NCBI GenBank assembly: GCA_964446965.1
Contig: CAYUQD010000001.1
Coordinates: 21,586-85,585 of the forward strand
Length of the DNA stretch: 64,000 nucleotides
Direction of reading: 5' to 3'
Origin: an uncultured Candidatus Saccharibacteria bacterium
GTDB taxonomy: Bacteria > Patescibacteriota > Minisyncoccia > Phycocordibacterales > UBA9973
Shown here: positions 9,672 to 19,035 of the stretch, piece after piece
How positions within the stretch are numbered: the first letter of the stretch is position 1
Layout: each line of letters opens with the position of its first letter
The notes under the pieces: model-generated
What the model saw: only the letters and a program-made list of their open reading frames with translations
Databases searched by the model: none
What the model was told of the DNA's origin: nothing
Program-made: the position numbers and the translations under genes

Positions 9672-11414
9672 ATGACATCTTCCGAAATCCGCAAGCGCTT
9701 TCTCGACTTTTTTGCTGCACGTGGCCATGCCGTACTGCCGTCGGCTTCACTTGTGCCCAAGAACGACCCTTCTGTACTATTCAACACTGCCGGTATGCAG
9801 CCGCTCGTGCCGTACCTCATGGGTGAGACACATCCACTCGGTACACGTCTCGCGAGCTGCCAGAAGTGTGTACGTACGGGAGATATCGAAGAAGTGGGCA
9901 ATCACAAAAATCTCACATTCTTTGAGATGCTCGGCAACTGGTCGCTCGGAGACTATTTCAAGGAGTATGCGATCAAGTGGAGCTACGAATTCCTCACGAG
10001 CAAAGATGAGGGACTCGGTCTCGATCCATCACGACTCTATGTGACCGTATTCGAAGGCGACGCAGATGCGCCACGCGATCTCGAAGCAGTCGAGATCTGG
10101 AAGCAATACATTCCCGAGCATCGCATCTATTTCCTCCCCAAGGCCAACAACTGGTGGAGTCCTGGCGACAATGGTCCATGTGGACCCGATACTGAGATGT
10201 TCTATGATGTGACCCCACACGGTCTCGGAGATATGACGCACGAGGAGTACGTGGCAGCAGATGACAAGGGCGAAGTCGTCGAGATCTGGAACGATGTGTT
10301 CATGGAGTATGAGAAGCGCGACGGCGCAGTGATAGGGAAGTTGTCTCAAAAAAATGTGGACACCGGATCAGGTCTCGAGCGTATCTCAATGATTGTGCAA
10401 GGCAAGAATAATGTCTATGAATCTGACTTCTTCTCAGAGGTAATGGAGTACATAAAAAATCATTCAACTAAAAATTACGATGAGCGCGCAGCGCGAATTG
10501 TCGCAGACCATATCAGAAGTTCATTATTTATGATTGGTGATGGTGTTTTACCTTCCAATAAAGATAGCGGTTATGTTGTTCGTCGATTAATTCGTCGTTC
10601 AATGATTCAATCAAATAAATTGGGTTTAAATAAGGAAGATATTACTGCAATATTGGGCATTTTTATTTCTATATATAGAACATCGTATGAAGAAGTTGGT
10701 AGTATTAACGTAGTCTCTTCGGTCTTGGATGAATTTGATAAATTTCAAAAAACTCTTGAGATTGGTCTCAAAGAGCTTGATAAGGGAACAGATCCGTTCT
10801 TATTGGCTACAAGTTATGGTTTTCCAATAGAGCTTACAGAAGAACTTTTAGGGGAAAAAGGTGGTAGTATCGATATGAAATTATTTGCTGAGCAAATGAA
10901 GTCTCACCAAGACGCATCTCGTGCTGGTGCTGAGCAGAAGTTCAAAGGTGGCCTTGCCAATACTTCTGAAATCACGACCAAGCTCCACACCGCACACCAT
11001 TTGCTATTGAAGGCGTTGCAAGAAGTCGTCAGTCCCGACATTCACCAAAAAGGTTCCAACATTACCGAAGAACGCCTCCGGCTCGACTTCAACTTTGACC
11101 GCAAGCTCACTGACGAAGAAAAGAAAGCTGTCGAAGATCTCGTCAATGAAAAGATTCGCGAAGATTTGATCGTCACCAAGCGCGAAATGCCCAAAGCAGA
11201 GGCAATGCAACTCGGTGCCGAGATGGAATTTGGGACGACGTATCCTGATATTGTGTCTGTCTATATGATTCATGACGCCAACGACAAGGTATTCTCCCAA
11301 GAATTTTGCGGAGGACCACACGTGTCACACACCGGCGTACTCGGTACGTTCAAGATTCAAAAAGAAGAAGCCTCATCAGCAGGTATTCGTCGGATCAAGG
11401 CAACACTGTCATAA
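9672..11414 (+). CDS. alaS: Alanine--tRNA ligase (short form lacking C-Ala domain)
   Basis: LFNTAGMQP, QKCVRTGD, FFEMLGNWS, GPCGPDTE, EIWNDVF, DTGSGLER, HTAHHLL...CGGPH editing motifs. Confidence 0.96.
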   Translation: MTSSEIRKRFLDFFAARGHAVLPSASLVPKNDPSVLFNTAGMQPLVPYLMGETHPLGTRLASCQKCVRTGDIEEVGNHKNLTFFEMLGNWSLGDYFKEYAIKWSYEFLTSKDEGLGLDPSRLYVTVFEGDADAPRDLEAVEIWKQYIPEHRIYFLPKANNWWSPGDNGPCGPDTEMFYDVTPHGLGDMTHEEYVAADDKGEVVEIWNDVFMEYEKRDGAVIGKLSQKNVDTGSGLERISMIVQGKNNVYESDFFSEVMEYIKNHSTKNYDERAARIVADHIRSSLFMIGDGVLPSNKDSGYVVRRLIRRSMIQSNKLGLNKEDITAILGIFISIYRTSYEEVGSINVVSSVLDEFDKFQKTLEIGLKELDKGTDPFLLATSYGFPIELTEELLGEKGGSIDMKLFAEQMKSHQDASRAGAEQKFKGGLANTSEITTKLHTAHHLLLKALQEVVSPDIHQKGSNITEERLRLDFNFDRKLTDEEKKAVEDLVNEKIREDLIVTKREMPKAEAMQLGAEMEFGTTYPDIVSVYMIHDANDKVFSQEFCGGPHVSHTGVLGTFKIQKEEASSAGIRRIKATLS

Positions 11415-11466
11415 CATCGCATAACTTTTGCACAGTTATTGGATGCACCCATGATATACTTCACGT

Positions 11467-12636
11467 ATGTCAAACAAAGGCCACCATGGTGTGATCGCAA
11501 TTTTTGATGTGAGCTCGAGCTCTGTAGCTGGGGCGCATGTATTGATGCAGTCACGCACATGTCCTGCCACTACGATACTCACTAGTGTTCGTAGTGATAC
11601 GCTCATTCGTGACGATATTGATGTCGAGCGATTTGTCACCGATACTAATGCCTTGCTCGGTACTATTGCGACGACTGTGCGCACACAGGATCTCCATCAT
11701 CCGACCATGGTGCAGATCATACTCGCGTCTCCATGGTATACAGCACAGACTCGTTCGGTAGTGTATCGCAAAGATACTCCATTTACCTGTACAAAGAAGC
11801 TCATCGACTCTCTGATCGAAGCCGAGATCAAGCATGTCCTCGCAAAAGAAGAAGGTCCCTTTGGTGCATTCGGCAACGAGTCAGTCATTGTCGAGCAACA
11901 ACTCTCGGGTATCAAGCTCAATGGCTACCACACACACGTACCCTATGGCAAAAAGGTGACCTCCCTCGAGTTCTCACTCATCGTCACCATCGCCCCCAAG
12001 CGTATTCTCGATATGTTTTCTGAGACACTCAAGCGCGCCTACGGCCTACGTACTATCAGATATACCACCAATACCTTCTCGACCTTTGTGGTGATGCGAG
12101 ATCGTGTACGACTCGATGATGCGTGTGTCGTCATCGACGTGGGCGAAGAGATCACCGATATTGCCTTTGTAAAGAACGGCATTGTACTCCAACAACATTC
12201 ATTTCCCCTCGGGACATTTGGACTCTATCGCGCCATTGGCAAACACGACGTCGACGTCCTGCACGAGTCTCACGCACTCCTCGAGGCGTATCGTCTGGGT
12301 AAATTGACGGCACCAGAGCGTCGCAAGGTAGAGAAGGCACTCACGAGCTTTAGTGACAAGTGGCAGGAAGGTTTCCGGCAGGTCATCGAAGAGGGGCACT
12401 ACGGCTTTTGTCTCCCACACCGTCTACTCGTCACGGTCGAAGCCCAATTTGAGCTCCTCTTTGCACGCATGATCGAAGAAGATCCGTTCATCAAGTACAA
12501 ATGTGCAGCTGACGCCATCATCCTCACCTATATCAACGAAGCCCTCCTTGCGCATGATGTCTCGACACAGGACCATAGCGCTATCGATAGCCCGCTCGCC
12601 GTAGGAGCATTATTTGCTGAGCGAGTGCAGTCATAA
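11467..12636 (+). CDS. Divergent actin-like ATPase fold protein (FtsA/PilM-like), CPR hypothetical
   Basis: IFDVSSSSV and VIDVGEEITD phosphate-loop-like motifs; KLNGY. Confidence 0.55.
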   Translation: MSNKGHHGVIAIFDVSSSSVAGAHVLMQSRTCPATTILTSVRSDTLIRDDIDVERFVTDTNALLGTIATTVRTQDLHHPTMVQIILASPWYTAQTRSVVYRKDTPFTCTKKLIDSLIEAEIKHVLAKEEGPFGAFGNESVIVEQQLSGIKLNGYHTHVPYGKKVTSLEFSLIVTIAPKRILDMFSETLKRAYGLRTIRYTTNTFSTFVVMRDRVRLDDACVVIDVGEEITDIAFVKNGIVLQQHSFPLGTFGLYRAIGKHDVDVLHESHALLEAYRLGKLTAPERRKVEKALTSFSDKWQEGFRQVIEEGHYGFCLPHRLLVTVEAQFELLFARMIEEDPFIKYKCAADAIILTYINEALLAHDVSTQDHSAIDSPLAVGALFAERVQS

Positions 12637-12638
12637 CT

Positions 12639-13889
12639 ATGAAGCTCTACGACGTCATCCGCAAAGAAGAAATAGAAGAAGGTCGCACCTTTCCGCCGAT
12701 CAATATGGATCGAGAGCACTCCACGCCAAAGCCTCATCGACCTCGACATAGTGTCAGATGGCGGTCAATGCTCGTCATTGCATTGGCAGTAGTCTTTGTT
12801 GCCGTACTCTATATCGTTGGTATGAAGGTTGTGCATGCACGTGTCGTTATCAACGAACGTCGTATCCCGTTCTCGCTCGAAGGGGCTGAGTTTGAGCTCT
12901 CACACGAAGGAGAGGGAAGCGTGGGCAGGTTGTCATTCCAGACAATGGTTGTCCCAACGCAAGTATCACGACAAGTCTATGGATCAGTCGTCGAGCCCAG
13001 TACGAGCTCTGCGACTGGCAAGGTTGTATTCTTTAACGAATACAGCACCAAACCTCAGACCATCAAGGCAAAGACTGTCATTACTTCAAAAGAAGGCAAA
13101 AAATATCAGACCACTACGGCTGTTACTGTCCCGGGCTATACACTCAAAAACAAGGTAAAAACAGCGGGTACATCAGCATCTGTATCAGTAAAGGCGAGTG
13201 GGGTAGGTCCGACATACAACACTACAGGGACGAGCTTTACGGTGGCTGGGTATAGCAAGACACTCTACGCCCAATCAGCGGGCGCTATTAGTGGTGGAGA
13301 GGATGGTATTGTCCACCGTGTTGCCCCGAGCGAACAGGAGAGTATCAGAGCTACACTCCAAGCCCAGCTCATCGAACGTCTCAAACGTGAGACCCGTGCG
13401 CAGATGCCGCAAGGATTTATCACATTTCCCGACCTGCAGGTCACTACACTCAAGGGCGATGCTGTGTCATTCCAGGGTGATAGTATCAAGTTCGCCGCAA
13501 GTATGGATGGTGTCATGGTGACCTACCTGATCCCCATTGATCTCCTTGAGTCTACTATTGCAAACCATTTTCTTACTGATGACCATACCTACCCTCAGGT
13601 TACCATTCCTGACCTCGGAGGACTCACTGTCGTACCAGTCACTTCGCTCCCCGCAGACCCGTCTGTAGTACCCGACAGTATTCGTGTTCGTGTGTCTGGA
13701 GAGGGGACAATCATTGCCAAGGCTCCGCTCGACACCATCCGCCAGTCGCTCGTCGGCATCCCAAAGACTGCGTTTGCGACCACCCTTGCCACTGTCCCCG
13801 AGATCGATACCGCGGAGTATCATTTCACCCCATTTTGGGCACCATTTTTCCCCAGTCGCGAATCTCGGATCAAGGTAGAGGTACGGTAG
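12639..13889 (+). CDS. Membrane-anchored CPR hypothetical protein (baseplate-J-like beta region)
   Basis: Single TM; ATGKVVFFNEY...VTVPG...VKASGVGPTYN...SGG pattern typical of CPR proteins annotated as baseplate J/gp47-like. Confidence 0.55.
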   Translation: MKLYDVIRKEEIEEGRTFPPINMDREHSTPKPHRPRHSVRWRSMLVIALAVVFVAVLYIVGMKVVHARVVINERRIPFSLEGAEFELSHEGEGSVGRLSFQTMVVPTQVSRQVYGSVVEPSTSSATGKVVFFNEYSTKPQTIKAKTVITSKEGKKYQTTTAVTVPGYTLKNKVKTAGTSASVSVKASGVGPTYNTTGTSFTVAGYSKTLYAQSAGAISGGEDGIVHRVAPSEQESIRATLQAQLIERLKRETRAQMPQGFITFPDLQVTTLKGDAVSFQGDSIKFAASMDGVMVTYLIPIDLLESTIANHFLTDDHTYPQVTIPDLGGLTVVPVTSLPADPSVVPDSIRVRVSGEGTIIAKAPLDTIRQSLVGIPKTAFATTLATVPEIDTAEYHFTPFWAPFFPSRESRIKVEVR

Positions 13890-13946
13890 CCTCAGAGACA
13901 AGTTGACCCTACCAATAAACTATAGTACTATTAACTTCCATAACTC

Positions 13947-14156
13947 ATGGCAACTACCCCCGACGCAGTAAAAGCAACCGTATCTGAAGCCCTCCCCAAC
14001 ACAATGTTTCGGGTTACGCTTGAGAACGGAGACGTTATCGTGGCGTACTTGGCAGGCAAAATGCGCCTTCACCGTATCAAGGTGCTCATCGGAGATACGG
14101 TCGATGTCGTCATAGACCCCTACGGTGGAAAAGGTCGTATTGTCAGACGATCATAG
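13947..14156 (+). CDS. infA: Translation initiation factor IF-1
   Basis: [29 protein letters not shown]. Confidence 0.97.
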   Translation: MATTPDAVKATVSEALPNTMFRVTLENGDVIVAYLAGKMRLHRIKVLIGDTVDVVIDPYGGKGRIVRRS

Positions 14157-14209
14157 ATAGTGTATACTCTCCCCGCTACAAATTTGGCACCAAATATTCG
14201 ATATTTTTT

Positions 14210-14320
14210 ATGAAAATCAGATCAACAGTCAAAAAAATGTGTGATAAATGCAAGATTGTAAAACGCAATCGTCATTTGCACGTGATCTGTGATAATCCTA
14301 AGCACAAGCAAAAACAATAA
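14210..14320 (+). CDS. rpmJ: 50S ribosomal protein L36 (missed by ORF track)
   Basis: [36 protein letters not shown]; CxxC...CxxxxH zinc ribbon; between infA and rpsM. Confidence 0.97.
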   Translation: MKIRSTVKKMCDKCKIVKRNRHLHVICDNPKHKQKQ

Positions 14321-14328
14321 TATTTTCT

Positions 14329-14709
14329 ATGCGTATCCTCGGTATCAACATCCCCAATGAAAAGCGTCTCGATATTGGTCTCACGACCCTCTTTGGTATC
14401 GGCACTGCTACTGCAACTCGTATCCTCCGTCAGGTAGATGTAGCTCCAGCTACCAAGCCTACTGAGATCAGCATCGACCAAGAGAACGAGATCCGCAAGC
14501 TCGTCGAAGAACGAACAATCGAAGGTAACCTCAAGCGTGAGATTGCAAGCAACATCAAGCGTCTCAAGGATATCAAGGCATACCGTGGCGTACGTCACAT
14601 GCGCCGCCTCCCGGTCAAAGGTCAGCGAACAAAGACCAACTCTCGTACCGTTCGTGGCAACGTCCGCAACACGATGGGTAGTGGTCGCCGCAAGGAGAGT
14701 AAGACATAA
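14329..14709 (+). CDS. rpsM: 30S ribosomal protein S13
   Basis: YRGVRH...LPVKGQRTKTNSRT. Confidence 0.98.
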   Translation: MRILGINIPNEKRLDIGLTTLFGIGTATATRILRQVDVAPATKPTEISIDQENEIRKLVEERTIEGNLKREIASNIKRLKDIKAYRGVRHMRRLPVKGQRTKTNSRTVRGNVRNTMGSGRRKESKT

Positions 14710-14723
14710 TCAATAATTAATTT

Positions 14724-15158
14724 ATGGGAAAGAAACGCATCACAAACCAAGAAGGTCAACTCGTAGACGCTGACAAGCGCGGTCGTGCTGTTGCGCGTTC
14801 CGCAAAAAAGAAGCTCACTACAGCAATGCTCGCCATCGAAGCGACATTCAACAACACAAAGGCAGTCGTCTCTGACCTCAAGGGTAACGTATTGTTTTGG
14901 TCATCATCTGGCTCTCTCGGATTTAAGGGTGCAAAGAAGGGAACCCCTTTTGCTGCATCAAAGGTAGGAGAAATCCTTGCCGAAAAGGCAGTAACTGCAG
15001 GTATCAAGGAAGTTGCAGTAGTGGTCAAGGGTGTTGGTTCTGGTCGCGAACCACTTATCCGTGCGTTTATTGGTCCTGGTATCGAGCTCTTGTCTATCAA
15101 GGATCGGACCCCAGTACCACACAACGGTCCCAAGGCAAAGAAGCCCCGAAGAGTATAA
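14724..15158 (+). CDS. rpsK: 30S ribosomal protein S11
   Basis: ATFNNT, GFKGAKKGTPFAA, GSGRE, TPVPHNG. Confidence 0.98.
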   Translation: MGKKRITNQEGQLVDADKRGRAVARSAKKKLTTAMLAIEATFNNTKAVVSDLKGNVLFWSSSGSLGFKGAKKGTPFAASKVGEILAEKAVTAGIKEVAVVVKGVGSGREPLIRAFIGPGIELLSIKDRTPVPHNGPKAKKPRRV

Positions 15159-15170
15159 ACGAGTATATAT

Positions 15171-15776
15171 ATGAAATTAGCTGCAAAATACAAAATGTGT
15201 CGTCGGTTGGGTTCAGGAGTGTTTGAAAAGTGTCAAACACAAAAGTACACGCAATCAGAAATGAAAAAGAGTAAGTCTAGTGGCAAGCGCCCAAAACAGC
15301 TCTCTGATTACGGGCGCCAGCTTATTGAGAAGCAAAAAGTTCGATTTTCGTACGGTATTTCTGAGCGTCAGCTCGGCAACTATGTAGAGAAGGCAGGCAA
15401 CGTGAAGGGCATGCCTGTTACAGACAAACTCTACGAACTCCTCGAATCTCGCCTCGACAATGTCATCTATCGTCTCGGATTTGCTCCTACTCGCCGCATG
15501 GCTCGTCAGATGGCGTCTCATGGTCACTTCACCATCAATGGTGTGAAGGTGACGATCCCATCATTGGAGGTACGCGCGGGAGATGTGATCGCAGTACGTG
15601 AAGGGTCACGCAAGAGTTCAATGTTCGCAGATATGGCAAAGAAGTCACAAACTAGTCCATGGCCAAACTGGCTCAAGTTCACCCCTGAGTCTTTGCAAGC
15701 AGAAGTCGTCGCAAAGCCAAAGAATGACGAACAGTTCTTGCAGTTCGAAACAGTGCTCGAGTTCTACAGTCGTTAA
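15171..15776 (+). CDS. rpsD: 30S ribosomal protein S4
   Basis: SDYGRQLIEKQK, LESRLDNVIYRLG, ARQMASHGH, EFYSR. Confidence 0.98.
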   Translation: MKLAAKYKMCRRLGSGVFEKCQTQKYTQSEMKKSKSSGKRPKQLSDYGRQLIEKQKVRFSYGISERQLGNYVEKAGNVKGMPVTDKLYELLESRLDNVIYRLGFAPTRRMARQMASHGHFTINGVKVTIPSLEVRAGDVIAVREGSRKSSMFADMAKKSQTSPWPNWLKFTPESLQAEVVAKPKNDEQFLQFETVLEFYSR

Positions 15777-15839
15777 ACATAGACGAATTAGAAGACACTC
15801 TTGGAGATTTTACAAATTAATGGTACAATTATTTTCCAT

Positions 15840-16847
15840 ATGACTGAACAACACATCATCCTCCCATCAAAGCCTCGAGCAACCCTCGAAGAAGGCAACA
15901 AAGGTATCTTTGAGATTGACGGCCTCATTCCTGGATACGGGTACACACTCGGCAACTCACTTCGCCGGATCATTCTCTCATCACTCTCAGGAGCGGCTAT
16001 TACTGCGGTCAAGATCGATGGTGTTAGTCACGAATTTGCAACTATCGAAGGTGTCAAAGAAGACGTGATCACGCTCTTGCTCAATCTCAAGAACGTCCGC
16101 TTTGCAGTTGTCGGTGACGAAGCCCAAAAGATCTCTTTTTCAGTCAAGGGTCCAAAGGTTGTCACTGCAGCTGATATCGGTGCAAAGGGTGCGGTCACTG
16201 TCTCAAATCCAGATCAGTACATCTGTGAGATGACTACCAAGGGTACACTCACTGTTGAGCTCACGATCGAACGTGGCCTCGGATTTGTTCCTCGTGAGGC
16301 GCACCACAAGCAGAAGGCAGATATCGGGACTATATTCCTCGATGCAATCTTTTCTCCTATTCGTCGCGTGAGCTACGATGTGGAGGAGATGCGTGTTGGC
16401 GACAAGACCAACTTCAACCGTCTCAGACTCACTATCGAGACAGATGGTACGACTTCTCCTCGCGAAGCGTTGGAACAGTCAGTCAAGATCATGATCGAAC
16501 AGCTCGCAGCTATCGTATCAGTATCTTCTCAGGAGATGATCGACGAAGTACAGTCTCGGATGACTATCAAGGCTCCAGTGAGCTTTGAGTCTACTTCTGA
16601 CGCCACACCAGCAGGTGAGGATGCAGATAGTGATGTCGATGTCACTGATGTGCTCAAGACTCGCATTGATGCGATCGGACTCTCTACACGCACACTCAAC
16701 GCGCTCTCAGCGGCAAATATCCGCACTGTCGGAGGTATTGCGCGCAAGCACGTCGCTGATTTGCTCGAGATCGACGGCATCGGTGACAAGGGTATTACTG
16801 AGATAAAAGAAGCACTTTCAGCTTTTGACTTGTCTTTGAAGGACTAA
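15840..16847 (+). CDS. rpoA: RNA polymerase subunit alpha
   Basis: GYGYTLGNSLRRILLS-like motif, HEFATIEGVKEDV, DAIFSPI, alpha-CTD LSTRTLNAL; start set at ATG 15840. Confidence 0.97.
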   Translation: MTEQHIILPSKPRATLEEGNKGIFEIDGLIPGYGYTLGNSLRRIILSSLSGAAITAVKIDGVSHEFATIEGVKEDVITLLLNLKNVRFAVVGDEAQKISFSVKGPKVVTAADIGAKGAVTVSNPDQYICEMTTKGTLTVELTIERGLGFVPREAHHKQKADIGTIFLDAIFSPIRRVSYDVEEMRVGDKTNFNRLRLTIETDGTTSPREALEQSVKIMIEQLAAIVSVSSQEMIDEVQSRMTIKAPVSFESTSDATPAGEDADSDVDVTDVLKTRIDAIGLSTRTLNALSAANIRTVGGIARKHVADLLEIDGIGDKGITEIKEALSAFDLSLKD

Positions 16848-16867
16848 TAAGGTATAAAGGAGTACTT

Positions 16868-17221
16868 ATGCGACACGCAAACAATGTGAGAAAATTTGGC
16901 CGAGAAAAGAACGCACGAGTTGCGCTCCTTCGAGGACTTGCAGAATCCTTGATTACACACGGTCGTATTTTGACGACTGAGGCCAAGGCAAAGGAGATCC
17001 GCCCAAGTGTCGAAAAGATGGTCACCAAGGCAAAGAACCCAACACTCGCAAATCGCCGCCTCCTCCTCTCTGGTCTCTACAACAACGAGATCGTTGTCTC
17101 CAAGCTCATCTCAGACATCGCCCCAAAGTATGATGGTCGTCCAGGTGGATACACTCGTATCACCAAGCTCGTACAGCGCAAGAGTGACGGATCTCCAATG
17201 GCCGTAATTGAATTTGTATAA
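16868..17221 (+). CDS. rplQ: 50S ribosomal protein L17
   Basis: MRH..., TTEAKAKEIR, RPGGYTRI. Confidence 0.98.
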   Translation: MRHANNVRKFGREKNARVALLRGLAESLITHGRILTTEAKAKEIRPSVEKMVTKAKNPTLANRRLLLSGLYNNEIVVSKLISDIAPKYDGRPGGYTRITKLVQRKSDGSPMAVIEFV

Positions 17222-17229
17222 TACTTTTT

Positions 17230-17574
17230 ATGAACTACACTATCGATGCAACAAACAAATCATTGGGACGTCTCGCTACCGAAGTAGCGGCTATTCTCAT
17301 CGGCAAAAATGAAGTAACATTCGCAAAGAACACTGTCTCAGAAAACACCGTGACGGTGACCAACGCCTCAAAGATCAAGCAAGATCCTCGCAAAATGCTC
17401 ACCAAGACATACAACAGCTTCTCTGGATATCCAGGAGGTCTCAAGCAGAGTACAATGGCGCATGTCGCAGCTACCAAGGGCTTCAGTGAGATCGTCTCAA
17501 CTGCGGTCAAGGGTATGCTTCCTGACAACCGTCTCAAAAAGGAGCTCATGAAGCACCTCACCGTTTCTGAATAA
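17230..17574 (+). CDS. rplM: 50S ribosomal protein L13 (short)
   Basis: IDA...LGRLAT, SGYPGGLK, AVKGMLP. Confidence 0.95.
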   Translation: MNYTIDATNKSLGRLATEVAAILIGKNEVTFAKNTVSENTVTVTNASKIKQDPRKMLTKTYNSFSGYPGGLKQSTMAHVAATKGFSEIVSTAVKGMLPDNRLKKELMKHLTVSE

Positions 17575-17587
17575 TTTTTATACTACT

Positions 17588-18007
17588 ATGGCCACTACCA
17601 CCACCCCAAAAACTTCATCAGCAAAGAAATACATCGAGACTATCGGTCGTCGCAAGACAGCAACTGCTCGCGTGCGTATTACCCCTGCTACCAAGGCAAG
17701 CTACATGATCAACGACAAGGATCTCGCAGTATACTTCCCAACTGCAGAACTCCAAAAGATCGTTACTGACCCATTCAAGGTCGCTGACAAGGCGTACGCC
17801 GTATCAGTACATGTGAAGGGCTCTGGGATACACTCACAAGCAGAAGCAGTCCGTCACGGTATCTCTCGAGGTCTTGTGAAGGAAGACGAGGCTGACAAGA
17901 CCAAGCTCAAGCAAGAAGGATTCCTCAAGCGTGATCCTCGTTCCAAGGAACGTCGCAAGTTCGGTCTCAAAAAGGCCCGCAAGGCAGGTCAGTGGAGTAA
18001 GCGATAA
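17588..18007 (+). CDS. rpsI: 30S ribosomal protein S9
   Basis: GRRKTATARV, RDPR.KERRKFGLKKARK...SKR. Confidence 0.98.
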   Translation: MATTTTPKTSSAKKYIETIGRRKTATARVRITPATKASYMINDKDLAVYFPTAELQKIVTDPFKVADKAYAVSVHVKGSGIHSQAEAVRHGISRGLVKEDEADKTKLKQEGFLKRDPRSKERRKFGLKKARKAGQWSKR

Positions 18008-18070
18008 ATACAGAGAAGTCCCGACTGGGGTTTTTTTGTTGCTTTTATGTATAGTTTTGATATAGTCGGA

Positions 18071-18306
18071 GAAGAATGTTCCTAGCGAACGGCTTGGGTC
18101 GTAAAGATTACCCACTCTTCCTAATTTTTTATTCGAGAGAGATTGGAATAAGCCTAAAGGGGGATAAACCCAGATTTGCAGCTAAGGCATAGTGATGTTA
18201 TGGCTTGAGCACCGCTCGCCTAACATGTAAAACACAAAGTAACGGCAACGTTCGCCGAAGCTCTTAGGGCAGCTTAAAAAAGCTTTTCCGGTAGTAAGAA
18301 CATTTT
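18071..18306 (+). ncRNA. Candidate structured ncRNA with tmRNA-like tag reading frame (possibly divergent/permuted ssrA)
   Basis: Own TGnTATAGT promoter (18058-18066) and terminator (18308-18337); complementary 5' and 3' ends; several hairpins; frame GCA...GCAGCTTAA = ATFAEALRAA* at 18245-18277; no canonical T-loop or CCA. Confidence 0.55.
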
Positions 18307-18307
18307 A

Positions 18308-18337
18308 AAAGACCTCTCTTTTGAGAGGGCTTTTTTT
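18308..18337 (+). terminator. Intrinsic terminator of the candidate ncRNA
   Basis: CCTCTC-tttt-GAGAGG hairpin followed by a T7 run. Confidence 0.8.
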
Positions 18338-18366
18338 ATTGCAAATTTTCAGTATAATAATGACCT

Positions 18367-18924
18367 ATGAACGACGATGAAGATGTAGTGTTAGACCCAG
18401 AGTTCGTCGAGTCCACTGAGGATGGGGATGAGCTCGCTGGCAGTGCACAAATCAAGAAACTCCAAGAGAAAATCAAGTCTCTCGAGAAAGAAAAGACCGA
18501 GTACCTCGACGGCTGGCAGCGCGCTCGCGCCGACTATGCCAACCTCCAGAAGTCTACTGACGAAGACAAAAAACGGTTCAAGGAACTCTTTGCAGAGCGA
18601 TTTGTTGAGGACTTGATCCCAGTTGTCGACAGTTTCTCTATGGCGATGGGCAACAAGGAGGCGTGGGAGAAAGTAGAGCCGACATGGCGTACTGGGGTAG
18701 AGTATATCTACAACCAGCTTATGGCAGCTCTGCAGGGACACGGACTTACTCTCATAGGGGAGCCGGGTGAAGTATTTGATCCCACACTACACGAAGCTAT
18801 TAGTGAGCACGAGACAGATAATCCAGCCAATGACCATACAGTCATGTCAGTCATCCAAAAGGGGGTGAAACTCGCAGATACCGTGATACGGCCTGCTCGG
18901 GTGGTGGTATACAAGGCGGTCTAA
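18367..18924 (+). CDS. grpE: Nucleotide exchange factor GrpE
   Basis: RARADYANL, LIPVVD, FDPTLHEAI, QKG...IRPARV. Confidence 0.95.
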   Translation: MNDDEDVVLDPEFVESTEDGDELAGSAQIKKLQEKIKSLEKEKTEYLDGWQRARADYANLQKSTDEDKKRFKELFAERFVEDLIPVVDSFSMAMGNKEAWEKVEPTWRTGVEYIYNQLMAALQGHGLTLIGEPGEVFDPTLHEAISEHETDNPANDHTVMSVIQKGVKLADTVIRPARVVVYKAV

Positions 18925-18948
18925 GGATCGCTTTTTTGCTCTCTACCC

Positions 18949-18983
18949 ATATATTGACTTTATATAGATAATATGGTATGATA
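18949..18983 (+). promoter_or_regulatory. Sigma70-type promoter of AT-rich cassette; near-identical copy at 22191-22225
   Basis: TTGACT-N17-TATGAT with TG extension; 32/35 nt identical to 22191-22225. Confidence 0.7.
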
Positions 18984-19035
18984 CGCTTAGGTTACATTCT
19001 TTCAAAAATCATTCAAAAACGAAAAAAAGAAACAT

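Noticed and set aside
12639-13889. Prophage or contractile injection system
   Set aside because: No other phage structural genes; the protein is membrane-anchored and embedded among core genes
18058-18200. Group I intron-like words (GATATAGTC, ATTTGCAGCTAAG)
   Set aside because: Wrong order, no GACTA partner for P7, no host gene; GATATAGT is better explained as the -10 element
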